64,000 nt of DNA, from assembly GCA_963753125.1 (NCBI GenBank), contig CAVWAU010000004.1, positions 327,200 to 391,199 on the forward strand, written 5' to 3'. Of this stretch, positions 45,893 to 56,231 are shown in pieces. The DNA comes from an uncultured Chloroflexia bacterium (GTDB lineage Bacteria > Chloroflexota > Limnocylindria > QHBO01). A program made the translations under genes and the position numbers. The notes under the pieces were generated by a model. It had not been told where the DNA came from, made no database searches, and saw only the letters and a list, made by a program, of their open reading frames with translations. Each line of letters starts with the position of its first letter. Position 1 is the stretch's first letter.

Positions 45893-47527
45893 TCAGACCC
45901 TCGGGGCCTCGACGCCGTCGACCAGGGTGAGGTCGGAGCGGACGCCGGCGAGCCGCTCGTCGGCGGCGAGCAGCGTGTCGAGGTCGACCGACAGGACGGC
46001 GAGGTCGGCGCGAGCTCCGGGTCGCAGGTCCCCCTCGTCCGAGGCACCGATCGCGCGGGCAGGCCCGAGCGTGTACGCGCCCAGGGCCTCGACCACGGTC
46101 AGCGCCTGCGCCGTGCGCCAGTCGTCTCGAGGGTCGCTCGGCAGGCGGCGATGGACGGCCGCGAAGATGCCAAGCCACGGGTTGACCGATTCGACCGGCG
46201 CATCCGACCCGGCCGCCAGGTGGGCTCCGGCCGCGCGCAGCGAGCGCCAGGCGTAGGCGCCGTCCTGGCGCCCGTCCCAGCAGTCCTCGACCAGGTCGCG
46301 GTCGGCCGCGGCGTGGATCGGCTGGATGCTGGCCGTGACGCCCAGCCGCGCGAACCGATCGACCTCCTGCGGACGGAGCAGCTGCGCGTGCTCGATCCGG
46401 TCGTTCGGCGTAGGCCCCGGCCGCACGGGCGCTCGCTCGACGGCGTCGAGGACTGCCGCCGAGGCCCGATCGCCGATGGCGTGCACCGCCAGCCCGATGC
46501 CGGCCGAGCGCCCGGTGGCGAAGAGCTCGTCGAGCTCGCCGGCGGTCACGCGCAGGATGCCGGCGTCCGGCGTGCCGCAGGTGCGCGGTTCGAAGAGCGC
46601 GGCCGTGCCCGAGCCGAGCGCGCCGTCGGCGTACTCCTTGGCCCAGCCGAAGCGCATCGTGCGACGACCGTCGAGCGACAGTCCGGTGCGCAGGCCTCGG
46701 GTGGCGGCAGCCGGAAGGGCGTCAGCCGGGATGCCGAGCGTCAGGCGCAGCCGTCCATCGACGAGGTCGCCGAGGTCGGTGAGGGTCGAGTACGAGTCGC
46801 CGAGCGCGACATCGGCGCCGGTCCCGTTGGCATCGGTGTAGTCCCCCGCCTCGCTGGCGCCGGTCAGGCCCAGGCCGGAGAGATCGCGGAGCGTGGCGTC
46901 GAGGGCGTCGCGCAGCGCATCTCCCTGGTGACGTGCCACCAGTGGTGCCACGAGGTCCATGGCCGTCTCGCGCAGGATGCCGGTCGGCTCGCGTCGGGCG
47001 TCTCGCTCGAGGCGCCCACCGGGTGGATCCGGCGTGGCCGCGCTCAGGCCGGCCAGCCGTCGCGCGCGGGGCGACGCCCAGGCCGAGTGGCCGTCGTGGC
47101 TGGTCAGGAAGGCGAGCCGATTATCCGCCGCGGCGTCGAGCGCGCCGGGCTCCATGCCGGCCACCTGCCGCTCGTTCCAGCCGCGGCCAGTCAGCCACGC
47201 GTCGCCGTCCCCGACCCGCGCGGCGGCGGCCAACCGCGCCGCCACTTCCGCCCCATCGGCCGCGTCATCGAGCGCGATCGCGCTTCGGGTCCGCGCCAGG
47301 CCGACGAGATGGATGTGGAAGTCGTGCAGGCCCGGGATCACGGCCGCATCGCCGGCGTCGAGCAAGCGGGCGCCGCGAGCGGCGCCATCGGTCACGTCGG
47401 AGCGCGTCCCCGCGCTCACGACCCGGCCTCCAAGGATCCCGATCGCCTCCGCGGTCTCCAGCCCGTCCGGCTCGGCGGCAAGCACGATCCGCCCGGCCAC
47501 CACGAGCTCGGGACGCGGCGGGCTCAT
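45893..47527 (-). CDS. Amidohydrolase-3 family metal-dependent hydrolase
   Basis: 544 aa. PGLHDFHIHL, SHDGHSAW, AVHAIGD, IEHAQ, GSDAPVE. Confidence 0.85.
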   Translation of the reverse strand: MSPPRPELVVAGRIVLAAEPDGLETAEAIGILGGRVVSAGTRSDVTDGAARGARLLDAGDAAVIPGLHDFHIHLVGLARTRSAIALDDAADGAEVAARLAAAARVGDGDAWLTGRGWNERQVAGMEPGALDAAADNRLAFLTSHDGHSAWASPRARRLAGLSAATPDPPGGRLERDARREPTGILRETAMDLVAPLVARHQGDALRDALDATLRDLSGLGLTGASEAGDYTDANGTGADVALGDSYSTLTDLGDLVDGRLRLTLGIPADALPAAATRGLRTGLSLDGRRTMRFGWAKEYADGALGSGTAALFEPRTCGTPDAGILRVTAGELDELFATGRSAGIGLAVHAIGDRASAAVLDAVERAPVRPGPTPNDRIEHAQLLRPQEVDRFARLGVTASIQPIHAAADRDLVEDCWDGRQDGAYAWRSLRAAGAHLAAGSDAPVESVNPWLGIFAAVHRRLPSDPRDDWRTAQALTVVEALGAYTLGPARAIGASDEGDLRPGARADLAVLSVDLDTLLAADERLAGVRSDLTLVDGVEAPRV

Positions 47528-48843
47528 CGGTCAGGAGTGCCGGTGAAGCGCGGCGTCTGCACGAAGCCGGCAGGCTCCGGGCCGAACGCGATGCGGACGA
47601 GCACGACGGGCACGACCAGGAGCCAGTGCGACAGGAACAGCGCCCCGCGGGTGGCGCGACCCACCAACGTGGGGCCGCGTTCGCCGGTCGCCCACAGCCC
47701 GCCAAGGGCCAGCAGGAAGATGCCGATCCCGTAGCTCAGGAAGAGCGCCGCCGGCACGCTCCAGTCGGCGGGGCGCGGAAGCGGGATCGTTGCCAGGCTG
47801 GCGACGATGGTCGTGGCGAACAGCGGCGGTACCAGGAACTCGCCGGCGAAGGCCAGGAAGTCGGCCTTGCGGCTCAGCGGCTGCGGGCCGAGCAGCAGGC
47901 CCGGCCCGTGCTCGAGCAGGCGCCGCAGGCTGCCCTCCGCCCAGCGCAGCCGCTGCCGCCACAGCGCCCGGAGCGCCTCGACCGCCTCCTCGCCGACGGC
48001 GACCTCCGGTGCCAGGGTCACGTGACGGCCGTTCGCCTCGAGCCGCGTCGACAGGTCGAGGTCCTCGGTCAGCGCGCGCGGGCTCCAGCCGCCGACCGCC
48101 TCGAGCGCCTCGCGCCGCACGAACATGCCGTTGCCGCGCAGCTCGGCGGTGCCATCGGTCGACCAGCGGCCGCACTGGCTGGTCATGTCCATCAGCTGCT
48201 CTTCGGCCTGCGCCCGCGTGAGCCACGAGACCGATGCGTTCCGCGGCGCGCGCGCCACCTGGATCGCATCCGCGCTCGGGTCGCGCGACCAGGCCCGCAT
48301 CGCGCGCTCGAGGAAGTCCGGCTCGACCAGGGTGTCGGCGTCGATCGCCCCGATGACCTCGCCGCGCAGCGCCGGCTGCGCCCAGGCCAGCACCGCCCCC
48401 TTCGTGCGCGGCCCGGGCCCTCGCTCCCTCCGTCGCACGACGACGTGGGACGCGCCGCGGGCCGCTTCGGTCGCCCAGGCGCCGGTGCGATCGGTCGATC
48501 CGTCGTCGACGACCACCAGCTCGTAGTGCGGGCTCCCGTCGGCAGCGGCGTAGCGCTGCGCGCAGAGCGAGGCCACTGCCTGGCCGATGACCGACTCCTC
48601 GTTCGACGCCGGCAGCACGATCGAAACGAACGGCAGGCCGTCAGCGCGCCCGACTGCCTCGCCGCCGCGGGCCAGCGCATCGCGGATGACGCGAGCGCCG
48701 TGCCATGCCAGCCAGCCGACGTATCCGATCGAGACGACGATGAGCAGCTGGAGCAGCCGCGCCGCGAAGGGCTGCGTGATGGTCAGCCAGGCGACGAGGG
48801 CGGAGACGGCGAGGAACGAGGCGGCGACGACCCTAGTCGCCAT
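47524..48843 (-). CDS. Membrane-embedded family-2 glycosyltransferase
   Basis: VSIVLPASNEE, VVVDDGSTDRT, IDADT, LTEDLDLS, QRLRWAEG (QxxRW). Flanking TM helices. Confidence 0.85.
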   Translation of the reverse strand: MATRVVAASFLAVSALVAWLTITQPFAARLLQLLIVVSIGYVGWLAWHGARVIRDALARGGEAVGRADGLPFVSIVLPASNEESVIGQAVASLCAQRYAAADGSPHYELVVVDDGSTDRTGAWATEAARGASHVVVRRRERGPGPRTKGAVLAWAQPALRGEVIGAIDADTLVEPDFLERAMRAWSRDPSADAIQVARAPRNASVSWLTRAQAEEQLMDMTSQCGRWSTDGTAELRGNGMFVRREALEAVGGWSPRALTEDLDLSTRLEANGRHVTLAPEVAVGEEAVEALRALWRQRLRWAEGSLRRLLEHGPGLLLGPQPLSRKADFLAFAGEFLVPPLFATTIVASLATIPLPRPADWSVPAALFLSYGIGIFLLALGGLWATGERGPTLVGRATRGALFLSHWLLVVPVVLVRIAFGPEPAGFVQTPRFTGTPDR

Positions 48844-50365
48844 GGGCGACGGGGCGATGGCGTCGCCGATGGCGGTGCGGCGGCTCGCTCGACGTCGCCG
48901 GGTCCGTCGCGTCCGGCACCCCCGGCGCGGGGACCGGATCGGGGGCCGGCTCGGGAGGGAGCGGACCCGGTGGGATCCCGCGATCGTGGTCGTGCAGGCC
49001 CTGGCGCGCGTTACGACGCCACGAGATGACGCCGGCCCACAGGGTCGCGACGCCGAGGAAGGCCATCACGATCGGGATTCCCGCGTCCTCGAAGAAGATG
49101 TTGAGGATGTCGGCCATCGCCGGCGCAAGCAGGACCGGCAGGAACGAGGCGACCGACAGCAGCGTGTTGAGGATGCCGAAGATGCGTCCGCGCACGTCGG
49201 GTGGCAGGTCCTCCTGGAGCGCGGTCTGCGCCGGAATGGCGACGAAGGCGTACTCGATGCCGGCAAAGAGGGCGATCACCACCACGATGCCGATGACGCT
49301 GATGAGCGGCGCGATGGCCGGCACCACCTCCTCGAGTGGGCCTGTCGCCGCCCCGAACGCGCCCGCCACCGGCTTGACCGTCGCCAGCAGCACGAGCGTG
49401 ATGCCCATCGACACCAACCCGACGTCAATCACCAGGCGCTTCGGGATCGCCTTGCCGTACGAGTTGAGGAAGAGGATGCCGAGGACTGCGCCGAGGCCCG
49501 CCGGGCCCATGATGAAGAAGAAGTTCTCCGGCGTGAGGCCCAGCACGTCGACGGCGAAGCCCGGACCGATTGCTCCGAGCACCCCGATCAGGCTCGAGCT
49601 GATGCCCAGGTAGGCGAGGCTCCAGGCGATGACGCGGTGGCGCCGCACGAACGCCACGCCCTCGCTGAGCTGGGCGTAGAGCTCATGCACCGCGCGCCCG
49701 GCCGCATCGCCCGCCGCGGCGACGACGTGGTCGGGCCTGATGTCGGGCAGCGGCAGGATCGCGACGGCGGCCGCGGCGAACATCAGCGCCACGATGACGT
49801 ACACCGCGATCGGCCCGAACACGTTGAGCACGAGTGGCCCGAGGAAGCCGAAGCCGATCGCGAAGGTCGCGTTGATCGTCAGCACGAAGATCGAGTTCGC
49901 GGCCATCAGGTTCCGCCGATCCACGATGCGCGGGATGGCGGTCAGCTCGGCCGGGGCGAAGATCGCGGTGGCGGTGGCGATCAGGAAGTTGATGAGGTAG
50001 ACGAGCGGGACGTTGGCGGTCGCGGTCGTCGGCGCCACGAAGATGAAGCCGACGATCCCGATCGCCCGGAACACGTTCGTCGCGAGCATGATCGTCTTGG
50101 CGTTACTGCGCTCGACGAGGACGCCGCCGAGCGTGCTGAACAGCACCGCCGGCACGAGGAAGCTGAGGATGAGGACGGCGACCGCGGTGTCGGAGCCCGT
50201 CGTGCGCCGCACGGTGGCCATGAGCGCGGCCAGGACCATGTTGCTGGCCAGCTGGCTCAGCGTCTGGGCCGACCACAGATAGACGAAGGCGCGGTTCTTG
50301 AAGACGGTTCCGGCGCCGGCGAGGTCGCCGGCGGCGTCGTGGGGTTGCAGCTCCACGTGCGCCAT
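48833..50365 (-). CDS. MFS transporter
   Basis: 510 aa with about 12 TM helices and a Pro-rich C-terminal tail. Confidence 0.85.
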   Translation of the reverse strand: MAHVELQPHDAAGDLAGAGTVFKNRAFVYLWSAQTLSQLASNMVLAALMATVRRTTGSDTAVAVLILSFLVPAVLFSTLGGVLVERSNAKTIMLATNVFRAIGIVGFIFVAPTTATANVPLVYLINFLIATATAIFAPAELTAIPRIVDRRNLMAANSIFVLTINATFAIGFGFLGPLVLNVFGPIAVYVIVALMFAAAAVAILPLPDIRPDHVVAAAGDAAGRAVHELYAQLSEGVAFVRRHRVIAWSLAYLGISSSLIGVLGAIGPGFAVDVLGLTPENFFFIMGPAGLGAVLGILFLNSYGKAIPKRLVIDVGLVSMGITLVLLATVKPVAGAFGAATGPLEEVVPAIAPLISVIGIVVVIALFAGIEYAFVAIPAQTALQEDLPPDVRGRIFGILNTLLSVASFLPVLLAPAMADILNIFFEDAGIPIVMAFLGVATLWAGVISWRRNARQGLHDHDRGIPPGPLPPEPAPDPVPAPGVPDATDPATSSEPPHRHRRRHRPVAHGD

Positions 50366-50369
50366 CGGT

Positions 50370-50579
50370 CTAGGCTGGCTCTTCGGAGCCGCGGGCGAGG
50401 TACTCGGTGAAGCGGCGCTCGACGTCGAGACGGTCCATCAGGATGCGGTGGCCGCAGCCAGAGCAGACGAGGCCGATGTCCGCCCCCAGCCGCACGACCT
50501 CCCAGTCGCGGCTCCCGCACGGGTGCTCCTTGCGCAGTCGGAGCCGATCACCGATGCGGAGCTCGAGCGGGGCGGCCAT
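50370..50579 (-). CDS. DUF951-like small protein
   Basis: 69 aa from ATG 50579. IGDRLRLRKEHPCGSRDWEVVRLGADIGLVCSGCGHRILMDR. Confidence 0.7.
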   Translation of the reverse strand: MAAPLELRIGDRLRLRKEHPCGSRDWEVVRLGADIGLVCSGCGHRILMDRLDVERRFTEYLARGSEEPA

Positions 50580-50581
50580 CT

Positions 50582-51949
50582 TCACCCGGCGCCCTCCGAG
50601 ACGGTCGTGCCCGTGAAGTTGAACGAGCCGAGGTGCAGCGCCGGAACGCGCGAGGCGCCGAAGAACTCGCCGGGAAGGAGCTTCGTCTCGCGGCTCGCGG
50701 CGCGGAGGTCGCTGAAGGCCTCGGGGATCGACTGCGTGAAGCGGAAGTTCAGCACCGGCCGCGTCAGCTTCCCGTCCTCGATCAGGAAGGTGCCGTCCTT
50801 GGTCATGCCGGTGAGGATCGCCTTCTTGGGATGGACCGGGTTGATGTAGTGGAAGCGCGTGACCCACAGGCCGCGCTTGATGCCGCCGATCAGCTCGTCG
50901 CGCGGCGTCGTGCCCGGCGCCATGAACGTGTTCAGCGCCATCGGCCCGATCAGGTTCGGCGCCGGCAGCCCGTGGCCCGTCGAGCCGGTCCCTGCCCGAG
51001 CGCCGGTCGCGGCGTCGTGGACGACGGCGTTCGCGACGCCGTCGGTGATGAGATCGACGCGCTTGCGGACGACGCCCTCGAAGTCGATCGGTGCGGGCAG
51101 ACCGGTCGGGTCCGCGCCGTCGTCCCAGATCGAGACGTTGTCGCCCATGACCTTCTTGCCGATCTCCATGAACGATCGACCCTCCTCGAGGGCGAGGCCG
51201 CTGAAGCCGATGTAGGAGAGGTACTCCATCAGCCCGGCGACGGCGTACTCCTCGAGAATGACCTCGTACTCGCCGGGCTCGAGCGCATCCGCACCGCGCA
51301 TGCGGTCGCCCTTCCCGGCGGCCTCGGCACCGATGGCCTCGGCGTCGATGTCGCCGATGTCGGCGGCGCCGGCGTGCGCGTACCCCGACGCCGCACCCGA
51401 GGCGAATCCGTCCATCATCACCGTCAGCAGGCTGGCCCGCGTCGACCGATGACTGGCCCGAATGCCCTTCGAGTTGGCGACGTCGATCGACATCACGGTC
51501 GTCGAGAACGAACCCGCCGTCTCGAGCCGCGCACCCTGGCCGGCGGCGATGACCGCGCGCGCACCTTCGGCCCGGCGCTGGGCGCCGGCCTGCGCCGTGC
51601 CGCCCACGAATCCGAGCTCGGGGTCGTGGCTGCGGCCGTCGGGCTCCGGGATGATCGCGGCGCGTGGGTTCGGGGCGGAGCGCTCGGCGATGGCCGTGGC
51701 ACGCTCGACGACGCCGCGAATGCCGGCCTCGTCGAGGCGGTTCGTGCTGGCGACGCCGACGCGGTCACCGTGGACGACCCGCACCTGGAGCTGAGCGTCG
51801 TGCTCGCGCACGTTCTGGTGGATCCGGTTGTTGGCGAAGCGGGTGAGCGCGGCGTCCTGCCCGATGTGGAGCGCCTCGGTCGCCTCCGCGGTGGAGTGCC
51901 CCAGGGCGCGGTCGAGAAGGCCGTCGACCTCGGTGCGGGTGGCTACCAT
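50582..51949 (-). CDS. pmbA: TldE/PmbA-family metalloprotease subunit
   Basis: 455 aa from ATG 51949 (7-nt overlap with the tldD stop). ...FANNRIHQN..., GSTGHG, GLWVTRFHY, GMTKDGTFLIEDGK. Confidence 0.85.
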   Translation of the reverse strand: MVATRTEVDGLLDRALGHSTAEATEALHIGQDAALTRFANNRIHQNVREHDAQLQVRVVHGDRVGVASTNRLDEAGIRGVVERATAIAERSAPNPRAAIIPEPDGRSHDPELGFVGGTAQAGAQRRAEGARAVIAAGQGARLETAGSFSTTVMSIDVANSKGIRASHRSTRASLLTVMMDGFASGAASGYAHAGAADIGDIDAEAIGAEAAGKGDRMRGADALEPGEYEVILEEYAVAGLMEYLSYIGFSGLALEEGRSFMEIGKKVMGDNVSIWDDGADPTGLPAPIDFEGVVRKRVDLITDGVANAVVHDAATGARAGTGSTGHGLPAPNLIGPMALNTFMAPGTTPRDELIGGIKRGLWVTRFHYINPVHPKKAILTGMTKDGTFLIEDGKLTRPVLNFRFTQSIPEAFSDLRAASRETKLLPGEFFGASRVPALHLGSFNFTGTTVSEGAG

Positions 51950-53391
51950 CGCCCCACTCCCACCTTCACACCACGGAAGCGTGCGGGAGCCGCACCGTGG
52001 CCGACGTGGCCGGTCTGCACCGGCTCCCCCTTTCCGCAGTTCGGCAGGCCCCACAGCGTCCACTCGTCCGGGCCGCAGATCGCGTCGCAGCTGCCCCAGA
52101 ACTGCGGGGTGATGCCGGTGTAGGTCGGGTTCTTCACGAGCTGCGTCCGCTTGCCGTTGCGGATCAGCCAGCCGGCCTGGTCGCCGAACTGGAAGTTCAG
52201 GCGCCGATCGTCGATCGACCAGCTCTTGTTGACGCTCATGAAGATGCCCTCGCGGGTGTCGCCGATCAGGTCCTCGAGGCTGCCGGCGTCGCCGGCCCGC
52301 AGGTTGATGTTCGTCATCCGGATGAGCGGGATGTTGCTCCACATCCACGCCCGGGAGCTGCCCATGCTGCGGCGGCCGATGCGCGGCGCCGTCTCGCGGC
52401 TGGTGAGGTAGCCGACCAGCGTGCCGCGCTCGATGAGTGGCACCTTCTGGGCCGGCACCCCCTCGTCGTCGTAGCCGAAGGTCCCGAGCCCGCCGGGGGC
52501 GGTGGCATCGGCGTCGATGCTCACGACGTCGCTGCCGTAGCGGAGTTGGTCGAGCTTGTCGGTGGTCAGGAAGCTCGTGCCCGCGAAGCTCGCCTCGGTG
52601 CCGAAGACGCGGTCGAGCTCGGTCGGATGGCCGCACGACTCGTGGATCTGGAGAGCAACCTGGGTCGAGTCCAGGATGAGGTCCATCTCGCCCGACGGGC
52701 ACTGCGGAGCGTCGAGCAGCGCGACCGCCAGCTCCGCGGTCTCCTGGGCGTGGTCGGCGAGGCCCAGGGCACGCACCGCCTCGAAGCCGCCGGTTACCGA
52801 TTGGCCGCCGAACGAGTTCGGATAGCTGCGCTGCTGCATCTCGGACTCGTTGACCGCGGTGGCCTCGATCCCACCACCGGCCTCGACGATCTCCTGCTCG
52901 ATCCACGCGCCGGCCAGCGAGGCGAAGGTCTTGCGCTCGCGCCCGGCGACCATGTTGCCCTCGCGGATCGCCACGCCCGGGACGCGGGCCATGCCCGCAT
53001 CGGCCTCCATGAGGATGGCGATCTTGTCGTCGATGCTGACGGCGAAGGGATCCTCCTCGAAGGCGGTGCGGTAGGTATCGGTCACCGCATCGGTCTCGTC
53101 GAGCTCAACCGGCGGGCCGCCGGCGATGCCCGAGGCCGCCGCGATCTCGAGCGCCTCGCGCGCGATGCGCTCGGCCTCCTCGAGGTCCAGGTTCGCGCTC
53201 GAGCTGAAGCCCCACGCACCGTCGACGAGGACGCGCACGCCGAATCCGGCGCTCGAGTTCGACGTCGCCGCCTCGAGGGCGCCGTTCTTGACGGTCAGCC
53301 CCTCAGTCTCGCGCTCGACCACGCGCACGTCCGCGTAGCTCGCGCCGCCCCGTTGTGCCGCGTCCAGCGCGCGCTCGATCAGGTCTTTCAT
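51943..53391 (-). CDS. tldD: TldD-family metalloprotease
   Basis: 482 aa. YADVRV, GFGVRVLVDGAWGF, HESCGHPTELDR (HExxxH), DDEG, GIFM. Confidence 0.9.
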   Translation of the reverse strand: MKDLIERALDAAQRGGASYADVRVVERETEGLTVKNGALEAATSNSSAGFGVRVLVDGAWGFSSSANLDLEEAERIAREALEIAAASGIAGGPPVELDETDAVTDTYRTAFEEDPFAVSIDDKIAILMEADAGMARVPGVAIREGNMVAGRERKTFASLAGAWIEQEIVEAGGGIEATAVNESEMQQRSYPNSFGGQSVTGGFEAVRALGLADHAQETAELAVALLDAPQCPSGEMDLILDSTQVALQIHESCGHPTELDRVFGTEASFAGTSFLTTDKLDQLRYGSDVVSIDADATAPGGLGTFGYDDEGVPAQKVPLIERGTLVGYLTSRETAPRIGRRSMGSSRAWMWSNIPLIRMTNINLRAGDAGSLEDLIGDTREGIFMSVNKSWSIDDRRLNFQFGDQAGWLIRNGKRTQLVKNPTYTGITPQFWGSCDAICGPDEWTLWGLPNCGKGEPVQTGHVGHGAAPARFRGVKVGVGRW

Positions 53392-53437
53392 GGCATCAGG
53401 CGCCCATGCTCCGTGGTGGCGAACTCAGCACAACAGG

Positions 53438-54109
53438 CTACTCGACCGCGCGCGCCGCCGCCGGCATGAGGTCGCGCTCGGTTGGCGGCAGGACGAGCCG
53501 GTTCACCTGGCTCACCGTGAAGCGGGCGTCGATCGACTGCTCGTACAGGCTCAGGATCCCGCCGGGCCGCTCGATCGCCGCCTGGAGCCCGTCGGGCGAG
53601 CCGATCGCGGTGATCTCGAACGTCGAGCCGATCGGCACGCCGTCGATCTCGATCGCGCTCGTGCCGAGGACCGCCACCGATCGGGCGGTGATGCGGATCT
53701 CGTCGATCGCGATCGCCTCCGCGCCGGCGTTGCGCAGCTCGTGGACGAGGTCGTTCACCGCGATCGGGTCGAAGGAGCCATCGGCCACGATCAGGATCCC
53801 CTGGCCCTCGACGCCCGCGAGTCCGCCGAACGCCGAGATCCGCAGCAGGTCCCCCTCGCTGATGACGACGTCCGACTGGCCCTCGACGGCGGCACGCTCG
53901 TAGTCGCGGATCTGCGCGCGGAGCTCGTCGAGGCCCTCGTCGAGGTCGACGTTCGCGGCGCTCAGCTGCTCGATGACCGCGGAAAGCTCCTGCGCCGACA
54001 GGTTTGACAGCTCGATCGGTCGTGCCTGCGAGCGAAGCTGCCCGACCAGCAGCAGGCCGATGATGAGCGCCACGGCGAAGAGGCTCAGCTGGGCGATGCG
54101 CGCGGCCAT
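53438..54109 (-). CDS. DUF881 domain protein (second of pair)
   Basis: 223 aa. N-terminal TM, coiled coil, then GQGILIVADG...NDLVHELRNAGAEAIAIDEIRI...IEIDG...ITAIG. Confidence 0.8.
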   Translation of the reverse strand: MAARIAQLSLFAVALIIGLLLVGQLRSQARPIELSNLSAQELSAVIEQLSAANVDLDEGLDELRAQIRDYERAAVEGQSDVVISEGDLLRISAFGGLAGVEGQGILIVADGSFDPIAVNDLVHELRNAGAEAIAIDEIRITARSVAVLGTSAIEIDGVPIGSTFEITAIGSPDGLQAAIERPGGILSLYEQSIDARFTVSQVNRLVLPPTERDLMPAAARAVE

Positions 54110-54888
54110 CACTCGGACTCCTCCGAGAGCGCCGTGCCCCAGCGCAGCCGCGTGTTGCCGATGAACTCGGGCAGCGTCACCTCGTCCCGAGCCTCGCTGG
54201 CGAACTCGAGGCCGTAGGCATCGATCCGTCGCGCCACCCGGGCCAGGAAGCTCGGGTGCGCCAGGAAGCGATCGTGGAGCCCTTCCGGCCCGATCGCCTC
54301 GATCCGGAACGGCGGCGATAGCGGGACGGCGTTGACGAGGATCGCCGACCCCGCGCCGTAGATCGAGCTGGTGGCCACGAGGCGCTCGGCCGGGGGGCCT
54401 GCGGTCAATCCGCCGGCTATGGTGATCGCCTCCGCGCCCGACGCCCACAGGGCGGTGACGATGTCGCGCAGGTCGTCCACCAGCACGATGTAGTTCGTCG
54501 CGCTCTCGCCGACCGGCACCTCGCGCAGGCTGTCGGAGATCTCGAGCACCATGCCGGGACCGATGACATCGGTGAGCCCGGTGCGCAGTCGAGCATCGGC
54601 GAGCGCGCGGTTGAGCTGCTCGCGCGCGGCCTGCGATCCGACGTCCGCCTCCTGGAAGCTCTGGACCCGCGCCTCGGCCGCCTCGATCTCGGCCCGCAGC
54701 CGCTCCTGCTCGCGCTGCGCCTGCTCCGCCTCGGTGATGAGCACCCGCTGCGCCGAGGTGATGAACTCCTGGCGCGCCAGTGAGCTGTTCCACTGGGCGG
54801 CGCCCACGAAGCCGATGACGCCGAGCGCCACGGCGATGCTGATCGCCCACCGCCGGCGGTCCCTGCCGAGCGCGTTGCGCCGGGTCAT
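54109..54888 (-). CDS. DUF881 domain protein (first of pair)
   Basis: 259 aa. TM, coiled coil (EAEQAQREQERLRAEIEAAEARV), GPGMVLEISD...DDLRDIVTALWASGAEAITI...IEAIG. Confidence 0.8.
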   Translation of the reverse strand: MTRRNALGRDRRRWAISIAVALGVIGFVGAAQWNSSLARQEFITSAQRVLITEAEQAQREQERLRAEIEAAEARVQSFQEADVGSQAAREQLNRALADARLRTGLTDVIGPGMVLEISDSLREVPVGESATNYIVLVDDLRDIVTALWASGAEAITIAGGLTAGPPAERLVATSSIYGAGSAILVNAVPLSPPFRIEAIGPEGLHDRFLAHPSFLARVARRIDAYGLEFASEARDEVTLPEFIGNTRLRWGTALSEESE

Positions 54889-56231
54889 GCGCGTGACCGC
54901 CGCTCGGCGCGCCGCGCCACGGCCACCGCAGCGCCGCCCGCCGCGACCAGACCGATGGCGAGGGCCGCGACCACCGCGGCATCGCCGCCGAACGTCGACG
55001 GCTCGCCCTCACCGGGCAGGGCCTCGCCGGGCGGCGGCTCGGCGTCGGGATCGACGCCGCCGGGGTCGATCGTGCCCGCGGTCGGGCGGTCCACGTCCGA
55101 GGCCGCGATCGGTTCGGGCTCGATGGGTGCCGGTTCGTCGACGCCGAACCCGGCGAAGAAATCGGCGTACAGCTCGTCGGCCGTGACGCCGGTTCCCGCC
55201 TCGAGGGCTGCCTCGTCCGATGCGCCGTCGCGGTAGGCCGCCGTGGTCCGCGCGATCGCCTCGCGCCCGTACTCGGCGATGATCATGTCGATCATGGTCG
55301 TGCCCTGAGCGTACGAGAGGCGGCCGCCGCGCTGGCCGATCGGGAACTGCTCGCTGATCGCGTCGAACGAGAAGAGGCCGTCGCCGCCGGCCTCGTTCTC
55401 GACGATCGCCCGTTCGCCGGACGCCTCCTGGGTCTCGGACCACGTCGCGACCCCCTCGTTCAGCCAGCGGGCCGGCTCGTGGAACGGGTTGTCGGTCGCG
55501 TCGTGGAAGACGATGTGCGTGATCTCGTGGATCATCGCCGTCTCGAGGTAGGCCGGCGATCCGGCCTCGGCCGAGTTCCACATGAAGATGGTGCGCAGCT
55601 CGCTGTAGGCGGCCGCCCCGGTCCACTCGCGCGCGCCGGGCCCCAGCGCCCCGAAGAAGTCCTCGGCGGTCGTGTACACGAAGACGTCGACCGGACCCGC
55701 CAGCTCGGTGCCGAGCAGGTCCTCCGCGCGCTCGACGCCGACGGCGCTCAGCTCGCCGAAGCGCAGCGCCTGGGCCTCGGCGTCGCCGTACCAGTGGACC
55801 GTGGCCTCGCCGAGCTGGACGCTCTGCCAGTCGAGCCCGGGGCGGTCGTCCACGTAGCGGATCTGCCCCTCCTCGGAGAGGACGACCTCGTCGCCGTCGA
55901 TCCCACGCCACTGGTATGTGATGAGCGTGTTGGGCACGACGTGGTCGACCGAGGTGTCCCAGACGTGCTCGACCGATGCCCCGTCGGGCTCCACCGGAAC
56001 GACCAGCGACCCGTCGCCGCCCGGCGTTCGGATGAGGAGCTCGAGCCTCTCGGGCGCGGGGCCGACCATGGTCGCCTCGAATCGAATCTCCTGGCCATAG
56101 GTCGAGTCGGCACTCAGCCGTTCGAAGCCGTCGAGCGCGGCGACGGCATCGGCCCCCGACACGAGGAGGTATCCGGCCAGGAGCGCGCCGGCCAGGAGCG
56201 GCCGCGCCAGCCGGCGGGTCAGCCGTCCCAC
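54885..56231 (-). CDS. Zinc metallopeptidase (MA-clan, HExxH) with C-terminal TM anchor
   Basis: GTG 56231, 5 nt after GGGAGGG. AMIHEITHIVFHD ... WLNEGVATW. Pro/Gly-rich linker and a terminal hydrophobic helix. Confidence 0.7.
   Translation of the reverse strand: MGRLTRRLARPLLAGALLAGYLLVSGADAVAALDGFERLSADSTYGQEIRFEATMVGPAPERLELLIRTPGGDGSLVVPVEPDGASVEHVWDTSVDHVVPNTLITYQWRGIDGDEVVLSEEGQIRYVDDRPGLDWQSVQLGEATVHWYGDAEAQALRFGELSAVGVERAEDLLGTELAGPVDVFVYTTAEDFFGALGPGAREWTGAAAYSELRTIFMWNSAEAGSPAYLETAMIHEITHIVFHDATDNPFHEPARWLNEGVATWSETQEASGERAIVENEAGGDGLFSFDAISEQFPIGQRGGRLSYAQGTTMIDMIIAEYGREAIARTTAAYRDGASDEAALEAGTGVTADELYADFFAGFGVDEPAPIEPEPIAASDVDRPTAGTIDPGGVDPDAEPPPGEALPGEGEPSTFGGDAAVVAALAIGLVAAGGAAVAVARRAERRSRA

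Noticed and set aside
46151-50410. Long plus-strand ORFs 46151..47734, 46933..49029 and 48587..50410
   Set aside because: They are antisense to the amidohydrolase, GT2 and MFS genes. They show extreme Arg/Pro/Gly/Asp content.
50867-52906. N-terminal extensions of listed ORFs (50370..50867, 50582..52906, 53438..55012, 18460..21237, 5039..6061)
   Set aside because: The upstream portions overlap the preceding genes and are Arg/Pro/Gly-rich. Internal Met/Val starts give proteins of family-typical length and classic 1-7-nt coupling overlaps.
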